NCBI RefSeq assembly: GCF_006345805.1
Contig: NC_042998.1
Location: 133,300,001 to 133,364,000, forward strand
Direction: 5' to 3'
Origin: Octopus sinensis
Taxonomy: Eukaryota
DNA length: 64,000 nucleotides
Below, one piece after another: positions 25,977 to 37,633 of this stretch. The first letter of the stretch is position 1. Every line of letters starts with the position of its first letter. The position numbers and the translations under genes were made by a program. The notes beneath the pieces were generated by a model. That model made no database searches. It was not told where the DNA came from and saw only the letters and a program-made list of their open reading frames with translations.

Positions 25977-26441
25977 ATATATTATATATATATATACGTA
26001 CGTACTTGATTGTATAATGACAAAAAATGGAATGTACACAATTTTGTGTATACAGTGAGTATATGTGTTTGGATTGTAGTTTAGACTTGTGTGTTTGTGC
26101 ATGTATGTGTGTGTCTGTCTGTGCCTGTGTGTATGTGTCTGTCTGTGTTTATGTGTATCTCTGTGAATCTATGTGTGTGGTTTATTTCATTAAGTTTATG
26201 AGAATATATCGTCGTGAATTTATGTTTGTATTTAGCAATTTTATTTCAGAAACTTCCACAATGACACACACAAATACATATAATGCATACTCAGATACAT
26301 TCTTATATGTATGTCATTAATCAGTTTTATTACAAGATTTTTGACCAATAGAGAAAGTGCAGGTTTTTAACCTAGATCTAAAGCTCCTTCATTCGAATTT
26401 CAACATCAATATCATGGTATTTTTGTATGTATGTATGTATG

Positions 26442-26472
<31 letters not shown>

Positions 26473-26619
26473 ATATGTATGTATGTAGGTATGTATGTAT
26501 GTATGTATGTATGTATGTATGTATGTATGTATGTATGTATGTATGTATGTATGCATACATGTATGTATATGTGCAGATTTTCATCTTTTCTTTTATGTAT
26601 GTATTCTCATGCATATAAT

Positions 26620-26965
26620 TGCAAATCTAGACATGTTCATATATATTTAAATGATAAACTTCTGGAACGTTTTACAGATTTTTACAGTTCCAGTGATTGA
26701 TTGATTGGGCCTGTAGACTTCTAATTAACTTGCTCCTTTCTGGCTTTGAGAAGCCTAAATTCTCACGATAGGCACTTAGGTAGTGTGTTACATATCCCAT
26801 GGTTCCAATAATTACAGTTATAAACCTGAACTTGTAATCTGAATAGAGTAACTGCTGATTTCTCAATAGTTCGGCGTAGGTATTCTCTTTTTCAATGATC
26901 TTCAGCTTCATTTCAACTGTACACAGTTTCTCTTCTACATCCCAAATCATATCTGTTGAGTATGC
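26620..26965 (-). mobile_element. 3' fragment of a non-LTR retrotransposon with restriction-like endonuclease (R4/Dong-like)
   Basis: IWDVEEKLCTVE...KIIEKENTYAELLRN..LLYSDYKFRFITVIIGTMG matches the RLE C-terminal pattern (K..KY..L......P.IIGA.G). Confidence 0.7.
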
Positions 26966-27285
26966 TATACCACTGTTTTAAATTGATGTTAATTGATTGA
27001 TATCAATTTCTACCTTCAGTATTTTAATATATATATATGATTATAATAATAGTAGGGAATATAATTCCAAACTTACAGGGAAAAATACAATTTAGCAATT
27101 CTAAATCAAGTTTCACAATATATAATATATGAATATAATTGAAACAAAAACTTCTATTAAGCAATTCAATAGTGAAATACGTTATTCGCACCATATAGAA
27201 AAAATAAATATACTATAAATACCTTATTCTAAAAATCAATAAAGTACATAAACAATAAATAATAAATAGCAGTAAATAGTCGTAA

Positions 27286-27408
27286 ATTGACTACCTACGT
27301 TTCGTGGTTATATTTTCAAATAGATAATAATAATAAAATCAATTCGATTTAAAATTAAATCGATCTAAAATTAATTCTATTTAAAAGTATAGTCACTCAT
27401 CAGGTCTA
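27286..27408 (-). ncRNA. Type I hammerhead ribozyme, canonical core, long stem II
   Basis: Minus strand: tagac CUGAUGA gtgactata...tataaccac GAAAC gtag GUA gtcaa. Confidence 0.75.
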
Positions 27409-28374
27409 ACATACTACTACTAATAATAATAAAAATAATAATAATAAAATAAATGTACGTATCTTAACTTACAATAATTATCAAATAAATATAGAAAATG
27501 CGTGTTTTAGCAATAAATAATCGAAAAACATTTAACAGTATTATTTAACAATATTACTTAAAATGAGACCATAACTTATCTTATCGAAGAATTTCTGCTA
27601 ATTAAAATTTTAAACGTAATACGTAGAACTTAAGAAATATATCGTGTGAAAATATTGCGTAAATAAAAATTATAGAATAAATAGATAGAAATATGTATTT
27701 AAGATGTTAAAATGACAAAATGTATTTTAGCTGTGAGAATGAAAAAAAATATACTGTAATATACCATTTACTGGAAAATTTTAATTTGTAGTAGTAAAAT
27801 GTATTTTGTAGTAGTGAAAGGTATATAAATTAGCACGATATTATATGGTGCATATTACATAATTAGAATAAGATTAAACTAAGATGTTTATAAAATAAAT
27901 TAATTAATGAAAATAGATTAAATTATAGAAATTTAGCTTAATTTATGTATATTGTGTATTTTACGTATTTTAGTTTTAAATTATTTTGACTTTAAAATTT
28001 TTCAGTAAATGGTATATTGCAGTGAATTTTTTTTCTTATTCTCACAGCTAAAACACATTTTGTCATTTTAACATCTTAAATACATATTTGTATCTATTTA
28101 TTCTATAATTTTTATTTACGCCATTTTTTCAAGCGATATATTTCTTATAAATGCTAAGTTCTACGTATTACGTTTAAAATTTTACTTGACAGAAATTCTT
28201 CGATAAGATAAGTTATGGTTTCATTTTAAGTAATATTGCTAAATAATATTGTTAAATGTTTTTCGATTATTTATTGCTAAAACACGTATTTTGCTATATT
28301 TATTTGATAATTATTATAAGTTAAGATACGTACATTTATTTTATTTATTTATTATTATTATTATTATTAGCATA

Positions 28375-28498
28375 ATAGACCTGATGAGTGACTATACGTT
28401 TAAATAGAATTAAATGTAGATCGATTTAACTTTAAATCGAATTGATTTTATTATTATTATCTATTTGAAAATATAGCCACGAAACGCGCGTAGTCAAT
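28375..28498 (+). ncRNA. Type I hammerhead ribozyme, canonical core, long stem II
   Basis: atagac CUGAUGA gtgactata...tatagccac GAAAC gcgc GUA gtcaat; stem III is the palindrome ACGCGCGT. Confidence 0.85.
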
Positions 28499-28576
28499 TT
28501 ACTAGTATTTACTACTATTTACTATTTATTGTTTATGTACATTATTGATTTTTAGAATAAGGTTTTTATAGTATAC

Positions 28577-28618
<42 letters not shown>

Positions 28619-28623
28619 GCATG

Positions 28624-28659
<36 letters not shown>

Positions 28660-28676
<17 letters not shown>

Positions 28677-28790
28677 TTGACCTCCCACCATCGCTTGACA
28701 ACCGATCATGGTGTGTATATGTCCCCGTAACTTAGCGGTTCAGCACAAGACACCGATAGAATAAGTACTAAGCTTACAAAGAATAAAAGA
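28660..28790 (+). mobile_element. SINE B 3' fragment
   Basis: ccaccatcgcttgacaaccg...gtccccgtaacttagcggttc...gatagaataagtact. Confidence 0.8.
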
Positions 28791-29180
28791 ATACACACAC
28801 ACACACCACACACACACATACATATATATACATATATATATACATATGATGGATTCTGACGTCGTAAACGACAAAATGAGAATTGAGTAAAATAAACTGT
28901 AATTTTGTTCTATGGATATGAATGTCTCTCTTGAGGCCCGCTGGTACCTTGAAAATCTTTTGGCAAATGGAACAAGTTGAGGGCTGAGTTTGCTCGAGTG
29001 CTTGTAAATCATTTACTGTGTTTTCTTGAGTGGACGGCTAGTCCTGCTTTGCTTCGTGCCACAGAACTACAATGACAGCTAAGGTTATACATATATATAT
29101 ATATATCATCTCAAAAATTAAAATAGTTTACAATTACTTAGCTTATAATCGTATCTATGAAACAATATTAATACAGAATA

Positions 29181-29291
<111 letters not shown>

Positions 29292-29356
29292 CCAATAGAA
29301 TTTGCAAACTTCCTAGTTTCATAATTTTCATTTTAAAACTTGCACATAGTCAATTA

Positions 29357-30281
29357 TTGGGTAGTCTGGTAAATTCGTTTGTTGTCTTTTTTTTTCTAGT
29401 ATTATTTAAATAAAGAATTGCACATCAGAGGGTTTCACACTTCGTGGGTGGGGATTCGATCTCACTGACAGGTTCGGTTCAATGAGTTTCGATTGAAGGA
29501 GCTCATCCATGAGAATCCGGGAGGATCGGCCCGTCATATTCACTCGGTGGGTAAGATATAAAAAATTGGTACATAGGTACAGCACAATCAGAAAGAAAAT
29601 AAGCCTTAGAGCTCCACTATCATTGCCGGCTTACTTGATCGATCCCAGGCTACTCGTGGACCGACAGATTTCTTTACTGCATCGCTCCTGACGAGGAAAA
29701 CTCATGTTTTTCCTTCAATGTGAACCAGAGGAAGAATTGCAAGCAACCCTCTGGCCAACCCAAAACTGCATCTACATAAGACAATGATCTGCCCTTGGTG
29801 GCAGTACTCTGAATAATCCATTACGAAATGCATGAAAATAACCACTCGGTCAACGCAGAGCTTCACGTTCGGTAAATGCACTGGCTTAACGAGGTATCCA
29901 GCTGATATGACTCGACCAGTGACCTGCTTCTTCAACATTACAATGCTTACCTTCATGTCACATATTTGACTAAATATACTATTCAAGCACTCAGCTGTGA
30001 AGTTCTACTCACTTTATTCTGATATAGCTCCTTCCGCTCTTTCACAGTTCTAGCGACGTGAAGCTAAAATCGTGTCTCGATGAATTCTTCGAGTTAACAC
30101 CCGCTGATTTCTACTATCAATGCACTGACAAGCTAGTGAAACGTTGGAAAGACGTCATGAACAATTAGAGAAGAGAATATATTATTGACTGATTGGTTAA
30201 AATCGTTGACAATAGAAATATGGATTTTTAAATATGTGTGTGTGGTGGGGCAGGGTGAAAATGAATTATCTGACACCCCAA
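29357..30281 (+). mobile_element. Decayed mariner
   Basis: Manual translation: RLKELIHENP, CIAPDEENS (from IVTGDEKW), PKLHLHKTMICPWW, IHYEM, LLQHYNA, DKLVKRWK; diverged TIRs ttgggtagtctggtaaattc / gaattatctgacaccccaa. Confidence 0.8.
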
Positions 30282-30389
30282 TATCTAATCATTACATGTA
30301 ACATACAATAACTGTAGAACAATTTTCTTTTTCCTTTTTTCTTTTTTCATTTTTTCATTTTGCTGCACTTTAGTGTCTTCTTTGTGAGC

Positions 30390-30640
30390 CAAGTACATCA
30401 TTTGCAACATTTTGACTTTTAATTTTTACAACGACCCTTCGTAATGTAGGACGAGTAGCAATAACAAGTTTGCTAAGCGCGTTGTGCCAAACTTTCTTAC
30501 CATTTATAAGTACGCGGCAAATTATTTAGCACACCTTATAAATTCCAACATTGTATTGGTAATCTTGGTTGTTGAGGTTGCATAAAAAATGTCGTCCAAA
30601 AATTCGTTCAATAAGCAATTGTTGCGATAAAATTTCGTTC
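30390..30640 (-). mobile_element. Mutator-like (MULE) transposase fragment
   Basis: PRLPIQCWNL*GVLNNLPRT / NGKKVWHNALSKLVIATRPTL resembles the MULE motif WN.....LPRTNN..E.WHN......HP. Confidence 0.55.
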
Positions 30641-30681
30641 AATACAAATGTGTCCAGGAGTGACGCAGGGGTGACTGTGTG

Positions 30682-30847
30682 ACGCAGGAGTGGCTGTGTG
30701 GTATGTAGCTTGCTTACCAACCACATGGTTCTGGGTTAAGTCCTACTGCGTGGCATTTTCGGCAAGTGTCTACTACTATAGGCTTGGGCCAACCAACGCT
30801 TTGTGAGTGAATTTGGTAGGCGGAAATTGAAAGAAGCACGTCATATA

Positions 30848-30907
<60 letters not shown>

Positions 30908-31176
30908 GATATCTATATATATATATATATATACGCTTGTGCGTATGTGTATGTGTGTGAGTTTTTGTATCTCTGTTTGTCCCTCCACCATCACTTAACA
31001 ACGGATGTTGGTATCTTTATGTCCCCGTAACTTATCGGTTCGGCAAAATAGACCGATAGAATAAGTACTGGGCTTACAGAGAGTAAGTTCTGGTGTTGAT
31101 TTGCTCAACTAAAGGGGGTGCTCCAGCTTGGCCGCAGTCAAATGACTGAAACAAATGAAAGTAAAAGTAAAAGTAA
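30682..31176 (+). mobile_element. Full-length SINE B with internal (TA)n/(TG)n
   Basis: Head gcaggagtggctgtgtgg, CORE-like segment, microsatellite, and tail ggtgctccagc..ggccgcagtcaaatgactgaaac. Confidence 0.9.
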
Positions 31177-32032
31177 ATATCAGTGCCCCAGCATCGCGAC
31201 AGACTTACAACTGAAATATTTAAAAGAGTAAAGAGTAAAAGAGAGCGAGGGAAGAAGTTTTAATACAGAATACAGCGACTTGTGGTGGATAAAAGCACTC
31301 ATGCTGGAACTGTTAGATCACGTGATTCTGTCCTGTTTTGGTCCCTTCAATGACAGACATCCTGTAGGCTAATATTCCGTCAGTGATACATAGAATATCA
31401 GTATCTATTAAGGTACTGATGTCGCAAATAGCCAGTAAGCTTATTGAAAAGTAATTAATGGAGACAGAAGCAGTATTGATACCAACAGACAATTTTTATC
31501 TATTAAATTACATTAACAGTTGTCTTTCCCAAATCATAAGAAACGTTAAGCAGAATACATAACGTAACGACCTTGATGATTTAAGTAAAATCAGATTTTA
31601 AAATAGTTTAATTTATATTCATTTAAAAGAATCATATATCACAATGATGCAATTATGTATTTAATGATGTTTATCTAAATGAAACAGCTGTTGGAAAGAA
31701 CTAAATCGTAAACTACATGTGAAATTTATGCTTTTCTACTGTTAAGCTAAATATGGTACTCTTAGCAGATTATGTATATAGGTGCAAAACAGTCCCACTT
31801 GGATTTACCGCATTGTAATAACACTGTGAAGCTTTAACACCAGTTATTAAAGGAGCACTTAATTACCGCGGAGAATTTAATCTCTATGCCTATACATGAG
31901 TTCTCTATATGGATATGTATGTGTATAAATATAAATACATTATGCATTTACATATAAATATACATACACATATATATACACCTATATATACATATATATA
32001 TATGTTTGTATATGTATATATATATGTATATG

Positions 32033-32071
<39 letters not shown>

Positions 32072-32871
32072 GTACATATATATATGTATGTATGTATGTA
32101 TATACAGACACATATATATATATATACACACACAAACACGTGTATATACACGCGATAGATTTATGGGAGAGTGATACTTATGTATATATGCATGTGCGTG
32201 TGTGGCGCACGCGCGCCTGTGTGTATATATACACACATACAGTATGAGTGCATGTGTGCATATAAATGCTTGTAATTTGATGTGTTAATGTAGTGTATGT
32301 ATATGTCGGCGTGTATTTGTGTGTACGTCTTTTTGTGTGAGTTTGTGCGTAGATACTATCTTTATCTCTGCCTGCGTTTGACTGTGTCTCTGAGTGAGCG
32401 TAAATGTTCAAACCTCTTTACGTACGTACACACACACACAAATGCACACACATACACACACACTCTCTCTCACACACACACACACTCTCTCTCTCACACA
32501 CACACACGAATGTTACGCGCGCAAGGACTTAAACCCTAACATTGTGTGAAAATTGTTTAGAAACAGAATTGTTGAAAGAAACGATAAACAAATCTGTAGA
32601 GAAATATACTATGCTTGTATAGCTGGGCGGAAACTCAGATTTTTCTAAACGTTGGGCATTAGGGATTTGGGTTTAAACATTATAAATATGGAAACTATAA
32701 CGAAATGTCGGCAGTGAAACGTTATTGTCTAACGGGAGTCATTCAGTAAAAAGGTGCCTGTAGACGGAAACATTGACTTTTGAAGATTTGTACTTAGGTA
32801 GGACTATAGCTCAAATATGTATACGCTTTGAGACAATCAAAGATTACAATACAATAAAATACAATATATAT

Positions 32872-33075
32872 AAGGCTGCGATTTAGCAGAAACGGGTGTA
32901 ATGCTTAGCGGTATTTTGCCTGTCTTTAAGTTCTGAGTTCAAATTCCGCCGTGGTCGACTTGCCATTCATCCTTTTGGGGCCGATAAATTAAGTACTATT
33001 TGCGTACTGGAGTTGGTCTAATCGACTAGCCCCCTCCCCAAACATTTCGAGCCTTGTGCCTAGCGTACAAAAGAA
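32872..33075 (+). mobile_element. SINE A copy (tail type 1)
   Basis: gagttcaaattccgccgtggtcgac...aagtact...ctaatcgactagccccctcccc...gccttgtgcc. Confidence 0.85.
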
Positions 33076-33120
33076 CACACACACACACACACACACACAA
33101 TATATATATATATATGACAC

Positions 33121-33160
<40 letters not shown>

Positions 33161-33260
33161 CAGATTAAGGAGATGAATGTGAATCACAGTGGAAAAAATA
33201 GAACTCGAATACCGGAGGTAGAGTAATATTTTCTATTAATAAAGCTGCAAAGACATCACA

Positions 33261-33306
33261 AAAACTGTTACTCAGAGTTTCACGTTCCCGTTCGTCGGAC
33301 AGTTTT
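33261..33306 (-). ncRNA. Minimal hammerhead variant (core CCGACGA)
   Basis: Minus strand: aaaactgt CCGACGA acg ggaa cgt GAA ACTC t GAG UA acagtttt; stem I is a perfect 8 bp. Confidence 0.7.
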
Positions 33307-33313
33307 CTATAAG

Positions 33314-33358
33314 AAACTGTCCGATGAATAGGAACGTGAAACTCTGAGTAACAATTTT
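33314..33358 (+). ncRNA. Inverted second copy of the minimal hammerhead variant, stem II damaged
   Basis: aaactgt CCGATGA ata ggaa cgt GAA ACTC t GAG TA acaattt. Confidence 0.55.
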
Positions 33359-33413
33359 TGTGATATGTGTGCTACTTTTAAATAAAGTATGTATGTATGT
33401 ATATATATATATA

Positions 33414-33631
33414 TAAGGGTATGCTGAAAAGTTCCTGGCTCGGGGTAAAAGAAAATAGAGGAGGATCAGATAATAATGATTTTCCAGCATATTCCTTTCA
33501 TGTATTCATACACTTACAGCAGCGATCCTTCTGTTTTTATAAGCCCTGTAAAAGAAATCGGAGGGTTGGGTCTCTAACCAGGCCTTTCGCGGTAACCTTA
33601 AAGCCAGGCAATTCTCAGCATCCCCTCGTTA
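33414..33631. mobile_element. Tc1/mariner-type MITE
   Basis: TIRs agggtatgctgaaaagttcctggct / agccaggcaattctcagcatcccct, about 220 bp, TA context. Confidence 0.75.
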
Positions 33632-34279
33632 CATATACAGGTATGCATGCATTATACATACACCCATACACACATATATACATCCACATGCACACGTACC
33701 CACGTATGCACCAACAAACACGCTTATGTGTACGTTTATGTGTGTGTATGTGTGTGTGTTTACACGTGCGGATCCATATTTACGCACGCGTACTGACGAG
33801 CACAATTACACACACACACACAGATTCACACACATACACACGTATAGGCTAACTGGAACACAGCCGACATTTTAGAGACTTCAACCGTTACATAGTTTTC
33901 AAATATAGCATTTTCTTGTGGTTGACCATGCATGAACCTCTTTAATTTATATAACATTATATAATTTATATATGTATATACACACACAGGCAATGATACA
34001 TACCGACATCCACGCAAACACACACACACACACAAACACACAAACACAAGCATACATACATGTATATACCGTCAGTAAATCATAAATCCGGAAGAGAAAC
34101 ACAATATAGAGCAGTAGAGTAATTAGACAAAGATTATTATGGGCTATAACCACCGGCCATCAGGGTCTAACGAGACGTTGTAAGTTAAGTGCTTTATGGA
34201 TACGAAACCCTGGGTAACTCTATAAACCAATCATAACCATATAAATGTGTTTGTGGTGTGGGGGGTGTATTCATATATG

Positions 34280-34459
34280 AGCGGCTGTCTGGTAGCTTGC
34301 TTACAAACCACATGATTCCGGGTTCAGTCCCACTGCACGGCACCTTGGGCAAGAGTCTATATCCTCGGGCAGACCAAAGCCTTGTGAGTGGATTTGGTAG
34401 TCGGAAACTGAAAGAAGCCCGTAGTATATATGTATATATATATATACATATATATATGT

Positions 34460-34507
<48 letters not shown>

Positions 34508-34695
34508 GTGTATCTGTGTTTGTCCCCCCAACATCGCTTGGTGGTGTGTTTACGTCCCCGTAAATTAGCGGTTCGGCAAGAGAGACCGATAGAATAAGTA
34601 CTAGGCTTACAAAACAAGTCCTGGTTTCGATTTGCTCGACTAAAGGCGGTTCTCCGGTATGGCCAAAGTCAAATGACTGAAGCAAGTAAAAGAGT
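34280..34695 (+). mobile_element. SINE B with internal microsatellite
   Basis: ggttcagtcccactgcacggcaccttgggcaag...(TG)n...ggccaaagtcaaatgactgaagcaagtaaaagag. Confidence 0.9.
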
Positions 34696-34709
34696 ATGTG
34701 TGTGTGTGT

Positions 34710-34747
<38 letters not shown>

Positions 34748-35429
34748 CAGAGTTGGTTGTTTTCACTAACGGTCTTTCAGGGGTGTGCAAGTTGAGGCAG
34801 TAAATATACAAATAGAAAGTCAAAATAAAAATAATATTAAATAAATATCGTGCTGTATAAAATTGAAGAAAACCACTAGTTGGAAAAAACATAAAAGATG
34901 AATATATATAGGTGTGTATACAGAACATACAACTTGGTGATGTTAACTGTTAGATTATCAAATCCAAACTATAGTAAATCTGAAATTTTTGTCTTGGTAA
35001 TTCATCAGTGTAACCTTACGGCAGTAGTACCTTGGTAATAATTTTGCGATGTTTTTGCAGCTTTAATAATAGTTTCAAAGTTTGCTACAAGGGCAGCCAT
35101 TTTGGGAGGGGAAGGATAAGTCGATTACATCGACTCCAGTGTTTCACTGATACTTAATTTATCGACCCCGAAAAGTTTAAAGACAAAGTCAACCGTGGCG
35201 GTGTTTTCGCAGCTTTAATAATAAAGCATATTACCCTACCTCCGGTATTCGAGTGCTATTTTTTCCACCTTGTTTCGCATTTATGTACTTACTCGGGTAT
35301 ATACAGGATGCGATGGGTAAATTGTGGCTATTTTATACTTTTAATTTCGCGCATGCGCATTGTTTGTTTTTGATTTTGTTGACTACACAGTATAGTAGGG
35401 TCAGTTGGGCATCACATGTGAGAAAAAGA

Positions 35430-36110
35430 GGAACCATGACGCAACTCATTCTCCCAGAAATTAGGACACAACATTCTGTACTGCTAGGCATTCACGCCGG
35501 AAACTCCAATACGAACATTTCAGAGTGTCCCGGTGTCAATCTTAGGACAGTGAAATCCGAGGACATGCGCCGAGAATAATAAAAATCAAACATCCAGTCA
35601 ACATCATGGTATTTGGAAGGATCACTAGTGATGGTGACGTTATACCGCCATTCATCTTCCCACACAGCCTCAGACTCAATAAGGCGGCTACACCAAATGC
35701 CTGGAGGAGATAGTGCTGGCCTGGGTCAAGAGGGTGGCTACTGGAAGACCTTATGTCTGACAACAAGACTATGCACCAAGCTACACAAGAAGGAGAACCA
35801 AGCCATAGCTGTCAAACAAATTCTGCGATACTATTGATTATTATGTGCGGGTTATAGTTGAGCGAGAGACCAATACAAATTCTTGTACCACCAAAGATGA
35901 ACTGAAGGCAAAGATTATGACAACAATCACTTAAACAAAGAGAGTCACAGGAGATTCCGAAGTCGTCTGGAGGCCGTGTTTGAAACCAATGGTGATTTCT
36001 ATTGAATAAATTTACTCATTAGTATTTCAAGACATTTTTATGCAATTTTGGTAAATATGTCTGTTAAAATGAGATGCCATTATGATTTTCATTTTTTGCG
36101 TAATTAGACA
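35430..36110 (+). mobile_element. Internally deleted Tc1/mariner-superfamily element (maT/DD37D-like)
   Basis: KHPVNIMVFGRITSDGDVIPPFIFPHSLRLN...CLEEIVLAWVKRVATGRPYV*QQDYAPSY. Confidence 0.75.
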
Positions 36111-36166
36111 ATAGTGTATATATGTATAGGCACCGTGTATATATGTAATTAGGCACCGTGCATATA

Positions 36167-36220
<54 letters not shown>

Positions 36221-36333
36221 ATATATAGGTGGGTTGAAATATTTTGTCACAATATCGAGTAATTTCTCCACTAACTGCAACGTATTTGCCTTTAGAAGTT
36301 GAAATATGTGATAACATATTTCAACAAAACCTA

Positions 36334-36372
<39 letters not shown>

Positions 36373-37152
36373 TATAGAGAGAGAGAGAGAGAGAGAGAGA
36401 GGGAGTGATAGATGGATGCATGTATGTATATAAACATAAAAAGTGGTGATGTTAATTGTTAGATTATTAAAACCTAATTATAGTAATTCTGAAATGTTCG
36501 TCTAAGTAATCATCAGTGTACCCCTACGGCAGTAATATGTTTACAATATTTATTTGGGTAATATTTTTCAACAGTTTAATGGAAATATGCCGACATCTCG
36601 GGGCTAATTCATGTCGATGATTCAGTAATTTACATCTAGACGTGGAAATATGGTAGATTTCTTCGAAGAATAATTTAATTGTTTGTAATTTTGTTTTTGT
36701 AGCTTCTGTTCCTAATTCTCATAATTCCTTGTAATACATCTATTTATCTTTAAAGTTCTTTCTGTTTTTATCTTATGTAGTGGTTGGGTGAAACAAATTT
36801 TGACCTAGTGAAGGTTTCTCCGGCTGCTAAGCTTTGTTCGTGTTAAATATTTCCCAAATAGTAATTTTTAATAAGATATTACTTGCGTAAAGTTACACGG
36901 AAGAATTTCCAATCTATAATTATAATGTCAAATCCACCCACTTTTTAATTTTAATCTTTTTTATTTAATCTTCATTTCAGTTGTGTGTGTATCCTTAAGG
37001 CTCTTTCTATATGTATCTCATGTGGTTTATGGGCGAAACGAATTTTGACATAGTTAAGATTTCTTTGACTACTAAGTTTACTGTAATGTTATTCCCTTTA
37101 AAATTTTATGGGTCACTATAGATTTATGAGATAGTCTTTTACTTTTTTACAC

Positions 37153-37349
37153 TTTTATTCTTTTACTCTTTTACTTTTTCAGCCATTTGACTGCGGCTAT
37201 GTTGGAGCACCGCCTTTAGTCGAGTAAATTAACCCCAGGACTTATTCTTTGTAAGCCTAATACTTATTCTATCGGTCAGTTGCCGAACCGCTAAGTTACG
37301 GGGACGTAAACACACCAGCATCTTTTGTCAAGCGTTGTTGGGGGCACAA

Positions 37350-37381
<32 letters not shown>

Positions 37382-37633
37382 AACACTACACACACACATA
37401 TAAATATATAATATATTATATATATATATATATACTACATACATATACACATATATATACATATATACGACGGGCTTCTTTCAGTTTCCGTCTACCAAAT
37501 CCACTCACAAGGCTTTGGTCGGCTCGAGGCTATAGTAGAAGACACTTGCCCAAGGTGCCACACAGTGGGACTGAACCCGGAACCATGTGATTGGTAAGCA
37601 AGCTACTTACCACTCTGCCACTCCTGCGCCTAT
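37153..37633 (-). mobile_element. Full-length SINE B
   Basis: Complete reverse complement from taggcgcaggagtggc to aaaagagtaaaagaataaaag. Confidence 0.92.

Larger units (their letters stand above)
27209..28575. repeat. Large inverted repeat (~580-bp arms, ~200-bp spacer), PLE pLTR-like
   Basis: 27209-27783 is the diverged reverse complement of about 27992-28575; each arm contains a hammerhead. Confidence 0.85.

Noticed and set aside
29672-29715. ctgacgag-gaaaa...tttcc, which looks like a hammerhead 5' half
   Set aside because: No GAAAC follows, and it translates as the decayed mariner IVTGDEKW region (CIAPDEENS)
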